NCBI GenBank assembly: GCA_963832165.1
Contig: CAWHTE010000005.1
Coordinates: forward strand, 64,001 to 128,000
Origin: an uncultured delta proteobacterium
GTDB lineage: Bacteria; Myxococcota_A; UBA9160; SMWR01
Length of the DNA: 64,000 nucleotides
Reading direction: 5' to 3'
Below are positions 9,975-20,946 of the stretch, one piece after another (the stretch's first letter is position 1; every line of letters begins with the position of its first letter). Below the pieces are notes generated by a model. The model did no database searches, had not been told where the DNA came from, and saw only the letters and a list, made by a program, of their open reading frames with translations. A program made the position numbers and the translations under genes.

Positions 9975-10903
9975 CGGGCTGCCTCGCGCTCGCGCGCGCC
10001 GCGCAGGGCCCGGTACACGCGCCCCGGCAGCGGTCGCCTGAGCACCTGGTTCTCGAGCCACGCGCTCGTGTCGACGAGCGCATCGAGCGACACCCCCGTG
10101 GCGACGCCGCTCCTCTCGAACAGATCCACGACGTCCTCCGTGGCGACATTGCCCGACGCGCCCGGCGCATACGGGCAGCCGCCGAGCCCACCGAGCGAGC
10201 TGTCGAACGTGCGCACGCCGGCCTCGTAGCCCGCGGCGACGTTCGCGAGCGCGCGCCCGTAGGTGTCGTGCAGGTGCAGCGCGACGCCGTCGAGCGGCGC
10301 CACGCCCGCCACCGCAGCGACGAGCGCGCGCACACCGCTCGGCACGCCCACGCCGATCGTGTCGCCGAGCGAGATCTCCGCCACACCCAGCGCGCGCAGC
10401 TTCTCCACGAGCGCGGTCACCGCGCCGACCGCCACCGCACCCTCGTACGGGCAGCCGCACACGGTCGAGACGTAGGCGCGCAGCCCGATTCCGTCCGCGA
10501 GCGCGCGCTCCGCGACGGGCCGGATCCGCTCGAGCTGGTCCGCGACGCTGCAGTTCAGGTTCTTGCGGTTGTGGGTCTCGCTCGCGGAGATGAACACCGC
10601 CGCCGTTTCGACGCCACCCGCGGCCCGAAAACGCGCGTAGCCCTGCTCGTTGGGCACCAGCGCGCTGAAGCGCACACCCGGGATCTCGGGCAGCGCCGCC
10701 GCGAGCGCGTCGCTGTCGGCGAGCTGCGGGATCCACTTGGGCGACACGAAGGAGGTCACCTCGATCCGCGCGAGGCCCGCGGCCGCGAGCCGGCGCACCA
10801 GCTCGAGCTTCGCCTCGGTCGGCACGGTCTCGGGCTCGTTCTGGAGCCCGTCGCGGGGACCTACTTCGTAGATGCAGACGCCGGGCGCAGCCACGCGGCT
10901 CAA
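9971..10903 (-). CDS. hmgL: Hydroxymethylglutaryl-CoA lyase
   Basis: EVGPRDGLQNE, SLGDTIG, HLHDTYG, GLGGCPYAPGASGNVATED. Confidence 0.95.
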   Translation of the reverse strand: MSRVAAPGVCIYEVGPRDGLQNEPETVPTEAKLELVRRLAAAGLARIEVTSFVSPKWIPQLADSDALAAALPEIPGVRFSALVPNEQGYARFRAAGGVETAAVFISASETHNRKNLNCSVADQLERIRPVAERALADGIGLRAYVSTVCGCPYEGAVAVGAVTALVEKLRALGVAEISLGDTIGVGVPSGVRALVAAVAGVAPLDGVALHLHDTYGRALANVAAGYEAGVRTFDSSLGGLGGCPYAPGASGNVATEDVVDLFERSGVATGVSLDALVDTSAWLENQVLRRPLPGRVYRALRGAREREAAR

Positions 10904-11766
10904 ACGTACCCGAGTGCCTTGATGCGCGCAGGCCGCTTCGACCAGCGCGGCTCCACCTTCACCCAGAGCTCCAGGTGGACCTGCGCATCGACCAGCTTCT
11001 CGATCTCGCGGCGCGCGCGGATGCCGATCTGCTTGATCCGTTGGCCGCCCTCCCCGATCACGATCCCCTTCTGGCTCGCGCGCTCGACGATCAGGTTCGC
11101 GCGAATCCGCACGAGATCGCTGCGCGACTCGTCGAACTGCTCGATCTCCACCGCGAGCGAGTACGGTACCTCCTGATCCAGCGCATCGGTGGCGGCCTCG
11201 CGCACGAGCTCAGCCGCGAGGAAGCGCACCGGCCGATCGGAGAGATCGTCCTCGGGATAGAGCGGCGGCGACTCCGGCAGCCGCTCGCAGAGTGCGTCGA
11301 GCAGCGCATCGAGCCCCTCGCCCGAATGCGCGGAAACGCGGAACGCGCTCGGCGCATTCGGCGGCAACACCGCCTCGCGCGCGCCCGCGCGGTCGAGCTT
11401 GGTGCCCGCCACGACCACGGGCGTGCCGCGCTCGGCCAGATGTGCGAGCAGCGCCGCATGATCCTCGCCGAACCCGACCAGCAGATCGAACAGGACGAGC
11501 GCGACGTCGCAGTCGTCGGCGGCCTCGTGCGCCTGCCGGTTCAAGATCGCGTTGAACGTGCGCTCGCTGGTGTGGAGCCCGGGCGTGTCGAAGAAGAGCA
11601 GCTGCGCGTCCGGGCGGTTCTTGATGCCGAGGATCCGGCTGCGCGTGGTCTGCGGCTTCGCGCACACGATCGCGAGCTTCTCGCCCAGGACCGCATTGAG
11701 CAGCGACGACTTGCCCGCGTTCGGCCGTCCGAGGATCGCCACCGCACCCGCGCGATGCGCGGTCAC
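10900..11766 (-). CDS. era: GTPase Era
   Basis: GRPNAGKSSL, KPQTTR, DTPG, KH domain SQKGIVIGEGG; follows rnc. Confidence 0.95.
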   Translation of the reverse strand: MTAHRAGAVAILGRPNAGKSSLLNAVLGEKLAIVCAKPQTTRSRILGIKNRPDAQLLFFDTPGLHTSERTFNAILNRQAHEAADDCDVALVLFDLLVGFGEDHAALLAHLAERGTPVVVAGTKLDRAGAREAVLPPNAPSAFRVSAHSGEGLDALLDALCERLPESPPLYPEDDLSDRPVRFLAAELVREAATDALDQEVPYSLAVEIEQFDESRSDLVRIRANLIVERASQKGIVIGEGGQRIKQIGIRARREIEKLVDAQVHLELWVKVEPRWSKRPARIKALGYV

Positions 11767-12512
11767 GGGCACTCCTGCGAATCTTCGGGCTCGCTCGTCG
11801 GCGTTTGCGGGCGGCGCGCGAGCGCGGCCGCGGCCGCCGCGCGCTCGGCGAGCCGCTTGCTGCGACCCGTGCCCGTGCCCCAGGGCTCGCCGGCCACGCG
11901 CACCTCCACGGTGAAGCGCACGATGTCGTCCTCGATCGCGCTGTCGGCCACCGTGTGGTAGCTCGGCGTCGCGCGAAGCACGGCGTGCGCCCATTCCTGG
12001 AACGAGGTCTTTGCGTCGGCCACGAGCGAGCTCTGCGGGTCGCCTGTGAACCAGGCCGTCACATAGGCCTGCACCGGCGCGAGCCCGCCGTCGAGATAGA
12101 GCGCGCCGATCACGGCTTCGAAGACGTTGGCGAGGATCGAATCCTTCTCCGCGCCGCCCGAGCGCAGCTCGGTGCGGCCGAGCTTCACGAGCGCGGGCAG
12201 CGCGAGCTCGCGCGCGCGTTCGGCGAGCGCATCGCCGCGCACGAGCGACGCGCGCGCGCGCGTGAGCTGGCCCTCGTGCCACTCCGGATGCGCCGCGTAC
12301 AGCGCCTCGCCCACCACGAGGTCGAGCACCGCGTCGCCGAGGAATTCGAGCCGCTCGTTGCCGCGGTCGCCGCGCATCTCGTGCGCATACGACGCGTGCG
12401 AGAGCGCCGTGAGCAGGGTATCTCGATCGCGGAACTCGTAGCCGAACGCGCGGGACAGCACGGCCACCGGATCGACCTCGGGTGCGGCGACCGGTTCCTG
12501 GCCCGAGCTCAT
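11763..12512 (-). CDS. rnc: Ribonuclease III
   Basis: NERLEFLGDAVL signature, FEAVIGALYLDGG, C-terminal dsRBD. Confidence 0.97.
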   Translation of the reverse strand: MSSGQEPVAAPEVDPVAVLSRAFGYEFRDRDTLLTALSHASYAHEMRGDRGNERLEFLGDAVLDLVVGEALYAAHPEWHEGQLTRARASLVRGDALAERARELALPALVKLGRTELRSGGAEKDSILANVFEAVIGALYLDGGLAPVQAYVTAWFTGDPQSSLVADAKTSFQEWAHAVLRATPSYHTVADSAIEDDIVRFTVEVRVAGEPWGTGTGRSKRLAERAAAAAALARRPQTPTSEPEDSQECP

Positions 12513-13678
12513 TCTAGGCGGACCTTCGCGCTCGCTATCCGCTCGCGCTCGGGCTCCGCCCTACGCTCGCCTGCGGCTCGCTGCGCGTCGGCCGACTTTC
12601 GTCGGCCTCCTTGCTCCGCCCCCGCGATCCACCCCCCGCCGAGCACCACGTCGCCGCAGTAGAACACCGCGGCCTGACCCGGCGCCACCGCGCGCACGGG
12701 CGCATCGAAGTGCACGAGCGTGGCGTCGGGGCCCGCCTCGAGCTGCGCGGGCGCACCCGCGTGCTGATGCCGGATGCGGACCTGCGCGCGCGTGCCCGCA
12801 GGCGGCGCCGCGCCCGCGATCCAGCGCACCTGCTCCACGCGTGCCACGGGCGCCTCGAGCTCGCGCTCCCCGCCCACGACGACGCGGTTGCGCGGCGCGT
12901 CGATCGCGGTCACGTAGCGGCGCTCGTCGGCCGCGATCCCGAGGCCGCGGCGCTGGCCAACCGTGTAGTGGTGGATCCCGCGGTGCCGTCCCAAGACGCG
13001 GCCCTCGCCGTCCACGATGTCGCCGTCGCCCGGCAGTGCGCCAGCGCCCGCGACGCGCTCCACCACGCGCGCATAGTCGCCGTCCGGCACGAAGCAGATC
13101 TCCTGACTCTCGGGCTTGTCCGCGGTCGCGAGCCCGAGCGACCGCGCGCGATCGCGCACCTCGGGCTTGGTCATCTCGCCGAGCGGAAACTCCACGGCTT
13201 CGAGCTGCGCCTGCGACAGCCCGAACAGGAAGTAGGTCTGGTCCTTGCTCGCGTCGACGGCGCGGCGCAGCCGGCGCAGGCCCGTGTCGGGGTCGCGGTC
13301 CACGCGTGCGTAGTGCCCCGACGCCACCGACTCCGCCCCGAACACACGCGCGCGCTCGAGCAGATACTCGAACTTGAAGCTCTGGTTGCACACGACGCAC
13401 GGGATCGGCGTGCGGCCCGCGAGATAGGCATTGGCAAACTCGTCGATCACCTCGCGCTGGAAGCGCTCGCGGTAGTTCGCGACGTAGAAGCGCATGCCGA
13501 GGCGATCCGCGACGCGGCGCGCATCGTCGGCGTCGTCGAGCGAGCAGCAGCGCGAGCTCGAGCCCGCGAGGTGCATCGTCACGCCGATCGCCTCGTCGCC
13601 GCGCTCCACCACGAGCGACGCCGCGACCGACGAATCGACGCCGCCCGACATCGCGACGACGACGCGGCGCGCGCTCAT
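12509..13678 (-). CDS. mnmA: tRNA 2-thiouridylase MnmA
   Basis: AMSGGVDSS, TPIPCVVCN, SGHYA, KDQTYFL, ESQEICF, YTVGQRRGLG, PGQAAVFY. Confidence 0.97.
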   Translation of the reverse strand: MSARRVVVAMSGGVDSSVAASLVVERGDEAIGVTMHLAGSSSRCCSLDDADDARRVADRLGMRFYVANYRERFQREVIDEFANAYLAGRTPIPCVVCNQSFKFEYLLERARVFGAESVASGHYARVDRDPDTGLRRLRRAVDASKDQTYFLFGLSQAQLEAVEFPLGEMTKPEVRDRARSLGLATADKPESQEICFVPDGDYARVVERVAGAGALPGDGDIVDGEGRVLGRHRGIHHYTVGQRRGLGIAADERRYVTAIDAPRNRVVVGGERELEAPVARVEQVRWIAGAAPPAGTRAQVRIRHQHAGAPAQLEAGPDATLVHFDAPVRAVAPGQAAVFYCGDVVLGGGWIAGAEQGGRRKSADAQRAAGERRAEPERERIASAKVRLE

Positions 13679-14820
13679 GCCCGTGCCTCGCGCGCACGCG
13701 CCACGAGATCGGGCAGGCGCGCGAGCACGGAGTCGATCTGCGCCTCGTCGGTGCCGTGCCCGACGCTGAAGCGCAGCGTGCCGCGCGCCTCCGACTTGGA
13801 CAGACCCATCGAGACCAGCACGTGCGAGGGCTCGACCGAGCCCGACGCGCACGCAGCGCCGGCCGACACCGCGATGCCCTCGACGTCGAGCGCCTGGAGC
13901 AGCAGCTCGCCGGGCGTGTCGAGGAACGCGAGATTGAGCGTGTTGGCGAGCACGTGCTCGAGATCGCCATTGCGCGACACGCCGGGCACCTTCGCCGCGA
14001 TGCCTTCCCAGAGCCGATCGCGCAGAAGCGCACAACGCGCGACGCGCTCAGGCAGCTCTCGGCGCGCGAGTTCGCACGCGGCGCCGAGGCCCGCGATCCC
14101 GGCGAGGTTCTCGGTACCGCCGCGCCGGCCGCGCTCCTGCGGCCCGCCGCGCAGGAACGGCGGCAGCGCGATCCCGCCGCGCACGACGAGGCAACCGACG
14201 CCCTTCGGCCCGCCGAACTTGTGCGCCGAGAGCGAGAGCAGGTCGATCGGCAGCGCGCCGGGCGCGATCGCGTGCTTGCCCACGGCCTGGGTGGCGTCGC
14301 TGTGCATCCAGGCGCCACGCGCGCGCGCGAGTGCTGCGATCTCTTCGATCGGCTGCAGCACGCCCGTCTCGTTGTTGGCCCAGATCGCGGTGACGAGCGC
14401 AGTGTCGTCGCGCAGCGCCGCGGCGACGTCGTCGACCGCGACGCGGCCGCTGCGGCCGACGCCCACGCGCGTCACGGGATGGCCCTGTGATTCGAGCCAC
14501 GCGAGCGCGGCATCCACCGAGGGATGCTCGATTGCGGTGGCGACCACGTGCCGGCGCCCGTCGGGTCGCGCTGCGACCGCTGCGAGCGCGGTGTTGTTGG
14601 CCTCGGTCGCACCGGCCGTGAACACGATCTCCGCGGGCGCCACGCCGAGCAGCAGCGCCACGCGCTCGCGCGCGAGGTCGAGCTCTGCGCGCGCGGCTGC
14701 ACCCTCGGCGTGGACGCTCGACGGGTTGCCCGGCACGTCGCGCAGCACGCGCAGCATGGCCGCGGCTACCTCCTCGCGCACGGGCGTGGTCGCGTTGTGA
14801 TCGAGGTAGATTCGCATCAT
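13675..14820 (-). CDS. Cysteine desulfurase (IscS/NifS family)
   Basis: YLDHNATTP, GNPSSVH, NNETG, SAHKFGGPKG, SAGAACASG. Confidence 0.95.
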   Translation of the reverse strand: MMRIYLDHNATTPVREEVAAAMLRVLRDVPGNPSSVHAEGAAARAELDLARERVALLLGVAPAEIVFTAGATEANNTALAAVAARPDGRRHVVATAIEHPSVDAALAWLESQGHPVTRVGVGRSGRVAVDDVAAALRDDTALVTAIWANNETGVLQPIEEIAALARARGAWMHSDATQAVGKHAIAPGALPIDLLSLSAHKFGGPKGVGCLVVRGGIALPPFLRGGPQERGRRGGTENLAGIAGLGAACELARRELPERVARCALLRDRLWEGIAAKVPGVSRNGDLEHVLANTLNLAFLDTPGELLLQALDVEGIAVSAGAACASGSVEPSHVLVSMGLSKSEARGTLRFSVGHGTDEAQIDSVLARLPDLVARAREARA

Positions 14821-14838
14821 GGCCTTCGCTCCCGCACC

Positions 14839-16189
14839 CTAACCGTGTGAGACGGGAGGGTCAATCGACCCCGGAGGGCCCAGCTCGCGCATCAGGTCCG
14901 CGAGCGTGCGGTCGCCTGCGCCCTTGCGGGCGGCGCCGTCGACCTCGTCGAGCAGGTCTTCCACGAACGCGCCCGTGCTGCGCCGATCTTCGGCCGGCTC
15001 GCGCGCGCCGCGCACCGCGGCCAGCGACGTCGCTCGCCGTGATCGCCTCCGCGGGGCGCCCGAGCTGGAAGCCCGGCTCCTGCCCCACCTCTGCGACGCG
15101 CGTCGAGAGGATGCCCGCGTCGATCAGCTGCATCGCCACCCTGCGGACCATTCGCACGGGCACCTGGAGCTCGTCGGCGAGCTGGTCGGCCGCGGGCGCG
15201 GGCGCGCCCGCGCCGAAGCTGCGCGCGACGTCGAGCGCGATCTGGAGCGCGATCGCCTCGCACTGGGCCGGACTGGCCGGCTTGCCGTGCGTCTCCTGGC
15301 GATAGAGCGCGAAGTTCTGGTGCGCGAACGCGATCTCGGCGCCCAGCAGCACGATCGCCCAGAACACGTAGATCCATGCGAACAAGAGCGGCAGCAGCGC
15401 GAAGCCGCCGAAGAACACGTCCGCGCGCGCGACGCCCACGCTGAAGTTCACGTAGACCGACTGCGCCACCGTGACCATCACGCCCGCGAACACGCCACCG
15501 ATCGCCGCCGAGACCACGCGCACGGCGGCGTTGGGGAGGAACCAGTACAGGAACGTGAATGCGACCGTGAGCATCGCCGCGGGGATCCACGCGTTCATCG
15601 GGTCGGCGATGAACGGCATGGGCAGCTGCGACGCGGGCCAGTGTCGCTGCAGGGAGGCGCCCAGCGAGAGCGCGAGGCCGCCCAGCAGCGGCGCGACCAC
15701 GAGCACCGCGAGATAGTCGGCGAAGCGGCGCGCGAAGCCGCGGCCGCTCGCCACGCCCCAGATGTCGTTGAGCGAGCTCTCGACGGTCCCGAGCCCGAGC
15801 ACCGTGGTCACGAACAGCACCGCGCCGCCGAGCGTGCCGAAGCCCGTGAAGTCCACGCCCTCGATCAGCGCGCGGATCACGCCGGCCGCACCGGGCGCGC
15901 CCGCGGAGATCATCCCCACGAGCCAATCGATGAAGCTCGCGCTGCCGATTCCGACCGCGCTCGCGATCGCCACCACGACCGCGAGCAGCGGCACGAGCGC
16001 GATCACCGTGAAGTAGGAGAGCGCACTCGCGCGCAGGAGCAGCTGGTCGCGAATGAAGCCCTCGCCGAGCATGATCGAGAACTGCAGCAGCCGGATCGCG
16101 GACAGGCGCGAGCGCTGCTCGGGCTCGATCTCCCAGATCTTGTGCGCGAAGAAGTCGCGGATCCGCGCGGGCCACTCCAGCACGCTCAC
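14839..16189 (-). CDS. YihY/BrkB family inner membrane protein with C-terminal winged-helix extension; one frameshift near 15030
   Basis: RASALSYFT, LNDIWG, LYWFLPN, WIYVFWAIVLLGAE; after ITASDV the natural continuation LAAVRG...RTLADL..HG* lies in another frame ending at 14839. Confidence 0.8.
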
Positions 16190-16617
16190 GGCGCCTCCTG
16201 CCCTGATTCGGTGTCACCCGCGAGGCTATCGGCTTCGCGCGCGACGCGCGTCCCGAACTGGAGCCACGGCGCGGCGCGCCGCAGCGTCACGCGGCCGATC
16301 CCGTGCACGCGGCCGAGGTCCGCCAGCGACTGATAGGCGCCGTGGGCGCGCCCGGCCACGATCGCCTCGGCGCGCGCGGGCCCGACCCCCGGCAGCGCCT
16401 CGAGCGCGGCGGCATCCGCGGTATTCGGGTCGAGACCGAGCCCGAACAGCACGCGCGCCGGACCGCGCAGCGCAGCTCCGCCGGGCGCCTCACCGCACTG
16501 CACGCGCCGCGTGTGGCCGTCGATCGCCTCGAGCTCGCTCGGGTGCTCGCAGGCCTCCAGCCGATCGCCCGCGGGTGCGAGCGCGCCACGGCCGATCTCC
16601 AGCGCGAATAGCGCCAT
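16186..16617 (-). CDS. ComEA-like helix-hairpin-helix DNA-binding protein
   Basis: LDPNTADAAALEALPGVGPARAEAIV...LGRVHGIGRVTL; start uncertain. Confidence 0.75.
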   Translation of the reverse strand: MALFALEIGRGALAPAGDRLEACEHPSELEAIDGHTRRVQCGEAPGGAALRGPARVLFGLGLDPNTADAAALEALPGVGPARAEAIVAGRAHGAYQSLADLGRVHGIGRVTLRRAAPWLQFGTRVAREADSLAGDTESGQEAP

Positions 16618-16661
16618 CGCCAGCCCCAGGCCGGCGTGGATCTCGCGCGACTCGAGCCGTC

Positions 16662-17903
16662 TCAGCGTTCCGCCGCCGGCGCCGCCGCACCGGCCTCCAC
16701 GAACGCGGCGTGCAGCGCGCGCACCGCGAGCTCGGTGTACTTCTCCTCGATCACCACCGAGACCTTGATCTCGCTGGTCGAGATCAGCTGGATGTTGATG
16801 CCCTCGTCGGCGAGCACCTGGAACATGCGCGTCGCGACGCCCGCGTGGTCGCGCATGCCGAGACCCACGATCGACACCTTGGCGATCTCGGGGTCGCCGT
16901 CGACCGCCTGCGCGCCGATCTCGCGCCCGGTCTGGCGCGTGACCTCGAGCGAGCGCGCGTAGGAATCGCGCGGCACCGTGAAGGTCAGATCGGTGGCGCC
17001 GTCCTGCGAGAGGTTCTGGATGATCATGTCGACCACCACGCCGTCCTGCGCGAGCGGCGAGAACAGGCGCGCTGCGACGCCGGGCACGTCGCGCACCCCG
17101 CGCACGCGGATCTTGGCCTCGTTGCGGTTGTAGGTCACTCCGGAGACGACCAGCTCTTCCATCACCTGCTCCTCCGGAACCACCCAGGTTCCCGTCGAAT
17201 CGTTGAACGACGAGCGCACGTGCAGCGGCACGCCGAAGCGCATCGCGAAGCGCACCGAGCGGATCTGCAACACCTTCGCGCCCAGGCTCGCCATCTCCAG
17301 CATCTCGTCGTAGGAGATGCGCTCGAGCTTGCGCGCGCCCGGCACGATCCGCGGGTCGGCCGTGTACACGCCGTCGACGTCGGTGTAGATCTCGCACACG
17401 TCCGCGCGCAGAGCCGCTGCGACCGCCACGGCCGACGTGTCCGATCCGCCGCGCCCGAGCGTGGTGACGTTGCCGGCCTCGTCGATCCCCTGGAATCCCG
17501 CGAGCACGGCCACCTGGCCGCGCTCGAGCGCGTCGCGCAGCACGGCGGTGTCGATGCTCTCGATGCGCGCGCGCGTGTGGGCGGTATCGGTGCGCATGCC
17601 CATCTGGGCGCCCGTGAACGAGCGCGCGGGCTGGCCGAGGCGCTGGATCGCCATGGCCGTGAGCGCGATCGTCACCTGCTCGCCGGTCGAGACGATCTGG
17701 TCGTACTCGCGCGGGTCCGCGTCTTCGCCGCCGAGGTCGCGCGCGAGCGCCACGAGCCGGTCGGTCTGCCCGCTCATCGCCGACACCACGACGGCCACGC
17801 GGTTCCCGGCCTTCACGGTCTCCACGACGCGGCGCGCGACGTTCCGGATCCGATCCGGGTCGCCGACGCTCGTGCCGCCGTACTTCTGGACGATCAGAGC
17901 CAC
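16662..17903 (-). CDS. lysC: Aspartate kinase
   Basis: [42 protein letters not shown], two ACT domains, STSEIKVS. Confidence 0.97.
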   Translation of the reverse strand: MALIVQKYGGTSVGDPDRIRNVARRVVETVKAGNRVAVVVSAMSGQTDRLVALARDLGGEDADPREYDQIVSTGEQVTIALTAMAIQRLGQPARSFTGAQMGMRTDTAHTRARIESIDTAVLRDALERGQVAVLAGFQGIDEAGNVTTLGRGGSDTSAVAVAAALRADVCEIYTDVDGVYTADPRIVPGARKLERISYDEMLEMASLGAKVLQIRSVRFAMRFGVPLHVRSSFNDSTGTWVVPEEQVMEELVVSGVTYNRNEAKIRVRGVRDVPGVAARLFSPLAQDGVVVDMIIQNLSQDGATDLTFTVPRDSYARSLEVTRQTGREIGAQAVDGDPEIAKVSIVGLGMRDHAGVATRMFQVLADEGINIQLISTSEIKVSVVIEEKYTELAVRALHAAFVEAGAAAPAAER

Positions 17904-18003
17904 GGGATGACTCCCATGCGTGCCGGGACCGGTGTTTCGGGTGGAGGAGGCGACGCTCGAGCGGGGCCCGTAGGTTCGCGCAGGATCCCGAGCCAGGCCA
18001 CAC

Positions 18004-18040
18004 GCAGGGTGGGCAACGACGAGAGCTTTGCCCACCCTAC
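18004..18040 (-). repeat. GTAG-type REP-like palindrome
   Basis: Minus strand GTAGGGTGGGCAAAGCTCTCGTCGTTGCCCACCCTGC; perfect 11-bp arms AGGGTGGGCAA / TTGCCCACCCT; single copy in window. Confidence 0.55.
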
Positions 18041-18047
18041 CGCCCAG

Positions 18048-20147
18048 ATGACGCCCCGGATCTGGCAGAGCGCCCTGGGCCACGTCGCCGCCGCCGTCGC
18101 CGCAGCGCTGCTGCTAGTCGCCGTAGGCCAGCCCCTGTTCACGGACGACGCGTGGTGGCACCTCGCACTGGGCCGTGCGTTTGGCGAGCACGGGCCGTGG
18201 CTTTCACAGGATCCGCTGCTGATCGCACCGCAGAGTCCGCCCTCGGCCTCGGCCTGGCTGTTCGATCTCGCGCTGCACGGAGCTCACGCGCTCGCGGGCT
18301 TTGCGGGACTGCGTGCACTGCACGCGGCGGCGGTGGCCGCCGTGCTCGGTCTGGTCTGGTCGCTCCTGCGGCGCGCGAGCGGATCGGCGCTCGCCGCGAG
18401 CGCGGGCACCGTGATCTTCATCGCGCTGTCGACCTATCGCCTGGCCCAGCTGCGCCCCGATCTGGTCACGATCGCCTTCTCCCTTGGGCTCTACCGGGCA
18501 CTGATCGACACCGAGCGACCGCCGTCACTCGCGCGCATCGCTTCGTGCGCCGCGTTGTTCGCGCTGTGGGCGAACGCGCACGCGGCGTTTCCGGTCGGCC
18601 TGCTCTTGCTGGGCGCCGCCGCGTTCGCCGCGGGCGTCAGCGCGATCGCAACGGGCGAGGAGTCCGAGAAGGCTCGCGCGCGCCGGCTCGGCGCGGCCTG
18701 GTTGGCCGGGCTCGCGGCGACGCTGTGCAACCCGATCGGCGTCCGCGCCTATGCGGCCTGGTTCGCGGCCGGGACGAGCACGCCATCGCTCACACGAGTG
18801 CTCGACGAGTGGTCCCCCGTGAATCCGTTGGCGTGGCCCCAGCCGACGCTCCCGCCCACCCCCGTCGCGTGGTTCCTCGTCTGGGGTCTGCTCGTGGGTA
18901 CCGCGCTGCTCGTGCCGCGCGCGATCGCATCGCTGCGCGCAGGAGCGCGCGCGGATCGCATCGACCCGGCCGCCGTGGGTGCGGCCGCGATCTCGCTCGC
19001 GCTGATGCTCGCCGCGTCGCGCTTCCTCTGGCTCGGCGTGTTCCCGCTGCTGCTCCTCGCACGCGCGCTGCGCGGCACCGCGCGCGGAAACTGGGTACTC
19101 GCGCTCGCGCCCGCGCTGTGTACGGCGCTCTTCCTGCGCTGGGGCGACTGGCCGCTCGTAACCCGCGCGCTGCCGCGAACCCTCGAGGGTTATGCAGCGC
19201 CCTACGCGGCCGGAAAGTACTACCCGGAGGCGGTCTGGCTCGCGCGCGATGCGGGTCTCGAGGGCGGACTCTATTGCGACTACTTCCAGGCCGGCTTCGC
19301 GGGCTACTGGCTCGCGCCGCGCATCCGCACGCTCACCAACGGCACGCTCAACGTCCCCACCGCGACCTTGAGCGCAGCCGCCGCGATCGGAATCCGCCGC
19401 GGCGTCGAGCCCGGCGAGACCTTCGCTGCGCTGCTCGATCGCTCCGGCATCGATCTGTTCCTGGGCATCCGTCTGCCCGAGACCGGCAATCCCTACCGGC
19501 CCTGGGTATCCACCACGGCGCACCTCGAGGACACGCCGGGCTGGATCCCCGTGTTCCGGAACCTCGGCGCCGCGCTCTATCTGCGCAGCAATGAGCGCAA
19601 CCGCGAGAACCTCGCCCGCATCGCGCAGTACTACGCCTCGCAGTACGTGCCGTTCGATCCCGCGCGCGGCTTCGAGCCGCTCGCGGCGATCCGCGCCGCC
19701 CCGGACTGGGCGCGCGACCACGGTCTCATGCCCGAGGGCTTCGGTGCCCTCGATCACGTCGCGCGCACGGGAGCGGGTGAGAGCGCTGCGCTCGCGCGCG
19801 ATCGCATCGCCGCGATCTACGCCTCGCTCGGAGCCTATGCCGAGGCATCGGCGCTCGACCGCGAGATCCTGCGCGAGCGGCCGCAGGCCGTGCGCGCGCG
19901 TCGCCGCCTCGCGTGGAACCTGCTCCATCTGGAGCGCTACGCCGAAGCCCAGGAAGCGGCGGCGGGCCTAGCGGATCGCCCCAAGGACGATGCGCTCTCG
20001 CACGCGATCGCGCGCGCGGCGCACAACCTCGGCGCGTTCGAGCCCGACGAGGCGCGTGCGCGGCTGGCGCTCCTGCCCGCGTTCGAACGCTCGGAGGTGC
20101 CGTGGCTCCTCGCGGGCGTGCCGCCCGCGCAGGCGCGCACGCGATAG
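18048..20147 (+). CDS. Polytopic membrane protein, putative GT-C fold glycosyltransferase-like, with C-terminal TPR-like region
   Basis: [31 protein letters not shown] motifs among many TM helices; start placed at ATG 18048 (upstream part of the 1364-aa ORF is antisense to lysC). Confidence 0.6.
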   Translation: MTPRIWQSALGHVAAAVAAALLLVAVGQPLFTDDAWWHLALGRAFGEHGPWLSQDPLLIAPQSPPSASAWLFDLALHGAHALAGFAGLRALHAAAVAAVLGLVWSLLRRASGSALAASAGTVIFIALSTYRLAQLRPDLVTIAFSLGLYRALIDTERPPSLARIASCAALFALWANAHAAFPVGLLLLGAAAFAAGVSAIATGEESEKARARRLGAAWLAGLAATLCNPIGVRAYAAWFAAGTSTPSLTRVLDEWSPVNPLAWPQPTLPPTPVAWFLVWGLLVGTALLVPRAIASLRAGARADRIDPAAVGAAAISLALMLAASRFLWLGVFPLLLLARALRGTARGNWVLALAPALCTALFLRWGDWPLVTRALPRTLEGYAAPYAAGKYYPEAVWLARDAGLEGGLYCDYFQAGFAGYWLAPRIRTLTNGTLNVPTATLSAAAAIGIRRGVEPGETFAALLDRSGIDLFLGIRLPETGNPYRPWVSTTAHLEDTPGWIPVFRNLGAALYLRSNERNRENLARIAQYYASQYVPFDPARGFEPLAAIRAAPDWARDHGLMPEGFGALDHVARTGAGESAALARDRIAAIYASLGAYAEASALDREILRERPQAVRARRRLAWNLLHLERYAEAQEAAAGLADRPKDDALSHAIARAAHNLGAFEPDEARARLALLPAFERSEVPWLLAGVPPAQARTR

Positions 20148-20189
20148 CGGCGGGCCACCTGCGTCGGGCCCGCGTGATAGGATGAGTCC

Positions 20190-20942
20190 GTGACCGACAC
20201 CCGCGTGCAATTACGCGCTGGGATCGTGGGCCGCGCCGCGCTGCTGGCCGCCGCGATCGCGCTGATCTCCGGATGCGCCGCCCCGCGCAACCACCTGTAC
20301 CGCAGGAGCGCCGCGGACTTCGAGCGCGCGATCGTGCTGCCGCTGAACCTCGTGTCGAAGATGCCCGGCGAGCTGATCGACTCGGCCCGGTACGTCGACC
20401 GGGCGCTGCTCGACTACCTCGCCCAGCACGGAAAGGCCGTCGAGGCGATCGGATTCTCCGACGCGAGCGCCGCCTGGCGCGCGAGCGAGGCGGAGTGCCG
20501 CTCGCAGGGCAAGAAGGACTGCAATCGCTTCGCGGGCGTCGCGCGCTTCATGGCACAGCATCTGCGCCGCGATCGCGACTTTCAGATCCTGATCATTCCC
20601 TATCTATTCGTGCGCAGCTCGCGGATGGCATCGGGCCTCTCGCGCTGGCACGGCGTCGAGCGAACCGTCGAGCGCGTGGGCAAGGGTTATGCCGCCGACA
20701 CACCTCCGCGGCAGCTGCGCGGCGACATCCGCGCGGCCTCGCTCAAGGTGTTCGCGTTCTCCGCCGAGGGCGAGCGCGTGTTCGAAGGCGTCGGCGGGCT
20801 CGAGCTCGTCGACCGCCTGTACGCGCCCGAGGGCTACACGGACTACGACGTCGAGCTCCGCGACGACCTGTTCCAGCACCCCGAGCCGCTCCGCGAGGGC
20901 GTCGCTCTCGCGCTCGAACATCTCGTGCCCCAGGGCTCGTAG
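20190..20942 (+). CDS. Hypothetical lipoprotein
   Basis: Hydrophobic stretch ending in lipobox ISGC; normal codon usage. Confidence 0.6.
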   Translation: MTDTRVQLRAGIVGRAALLAAAIALISGCAAPRNHLYRRSAADFERAIVLPLNLVSKMPGELIDSARYVDRALLDYLAQHGKAVEAIGFSDASAAWRASEAECRSQGKKDCNRFAGVARFMAQHLRRDRDFQILIIPYLFVRSSRMASGLSRWHGVERTVERVGKGYAADTPPRQLRGDIRAASLKVFAFSAEGERVFEGVGGLELVDRLYAPEGYTDYDVELRDDLFQHPEPLREGVALALEHLVPQGS

Positions 20943-20946
20943 CGGC

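Noticed and set aside
17904..18003. Lysine riboswitch upstream of lysC
   Set aside because: Leader too short and no recognisable conserved core
16053..18047. N-terminal half of the 1364-aa plus-strand ORF
   Set aside because: Antisense shadow of lysC and the comEA-like gene; protein-like sequence begins at ATG 18048
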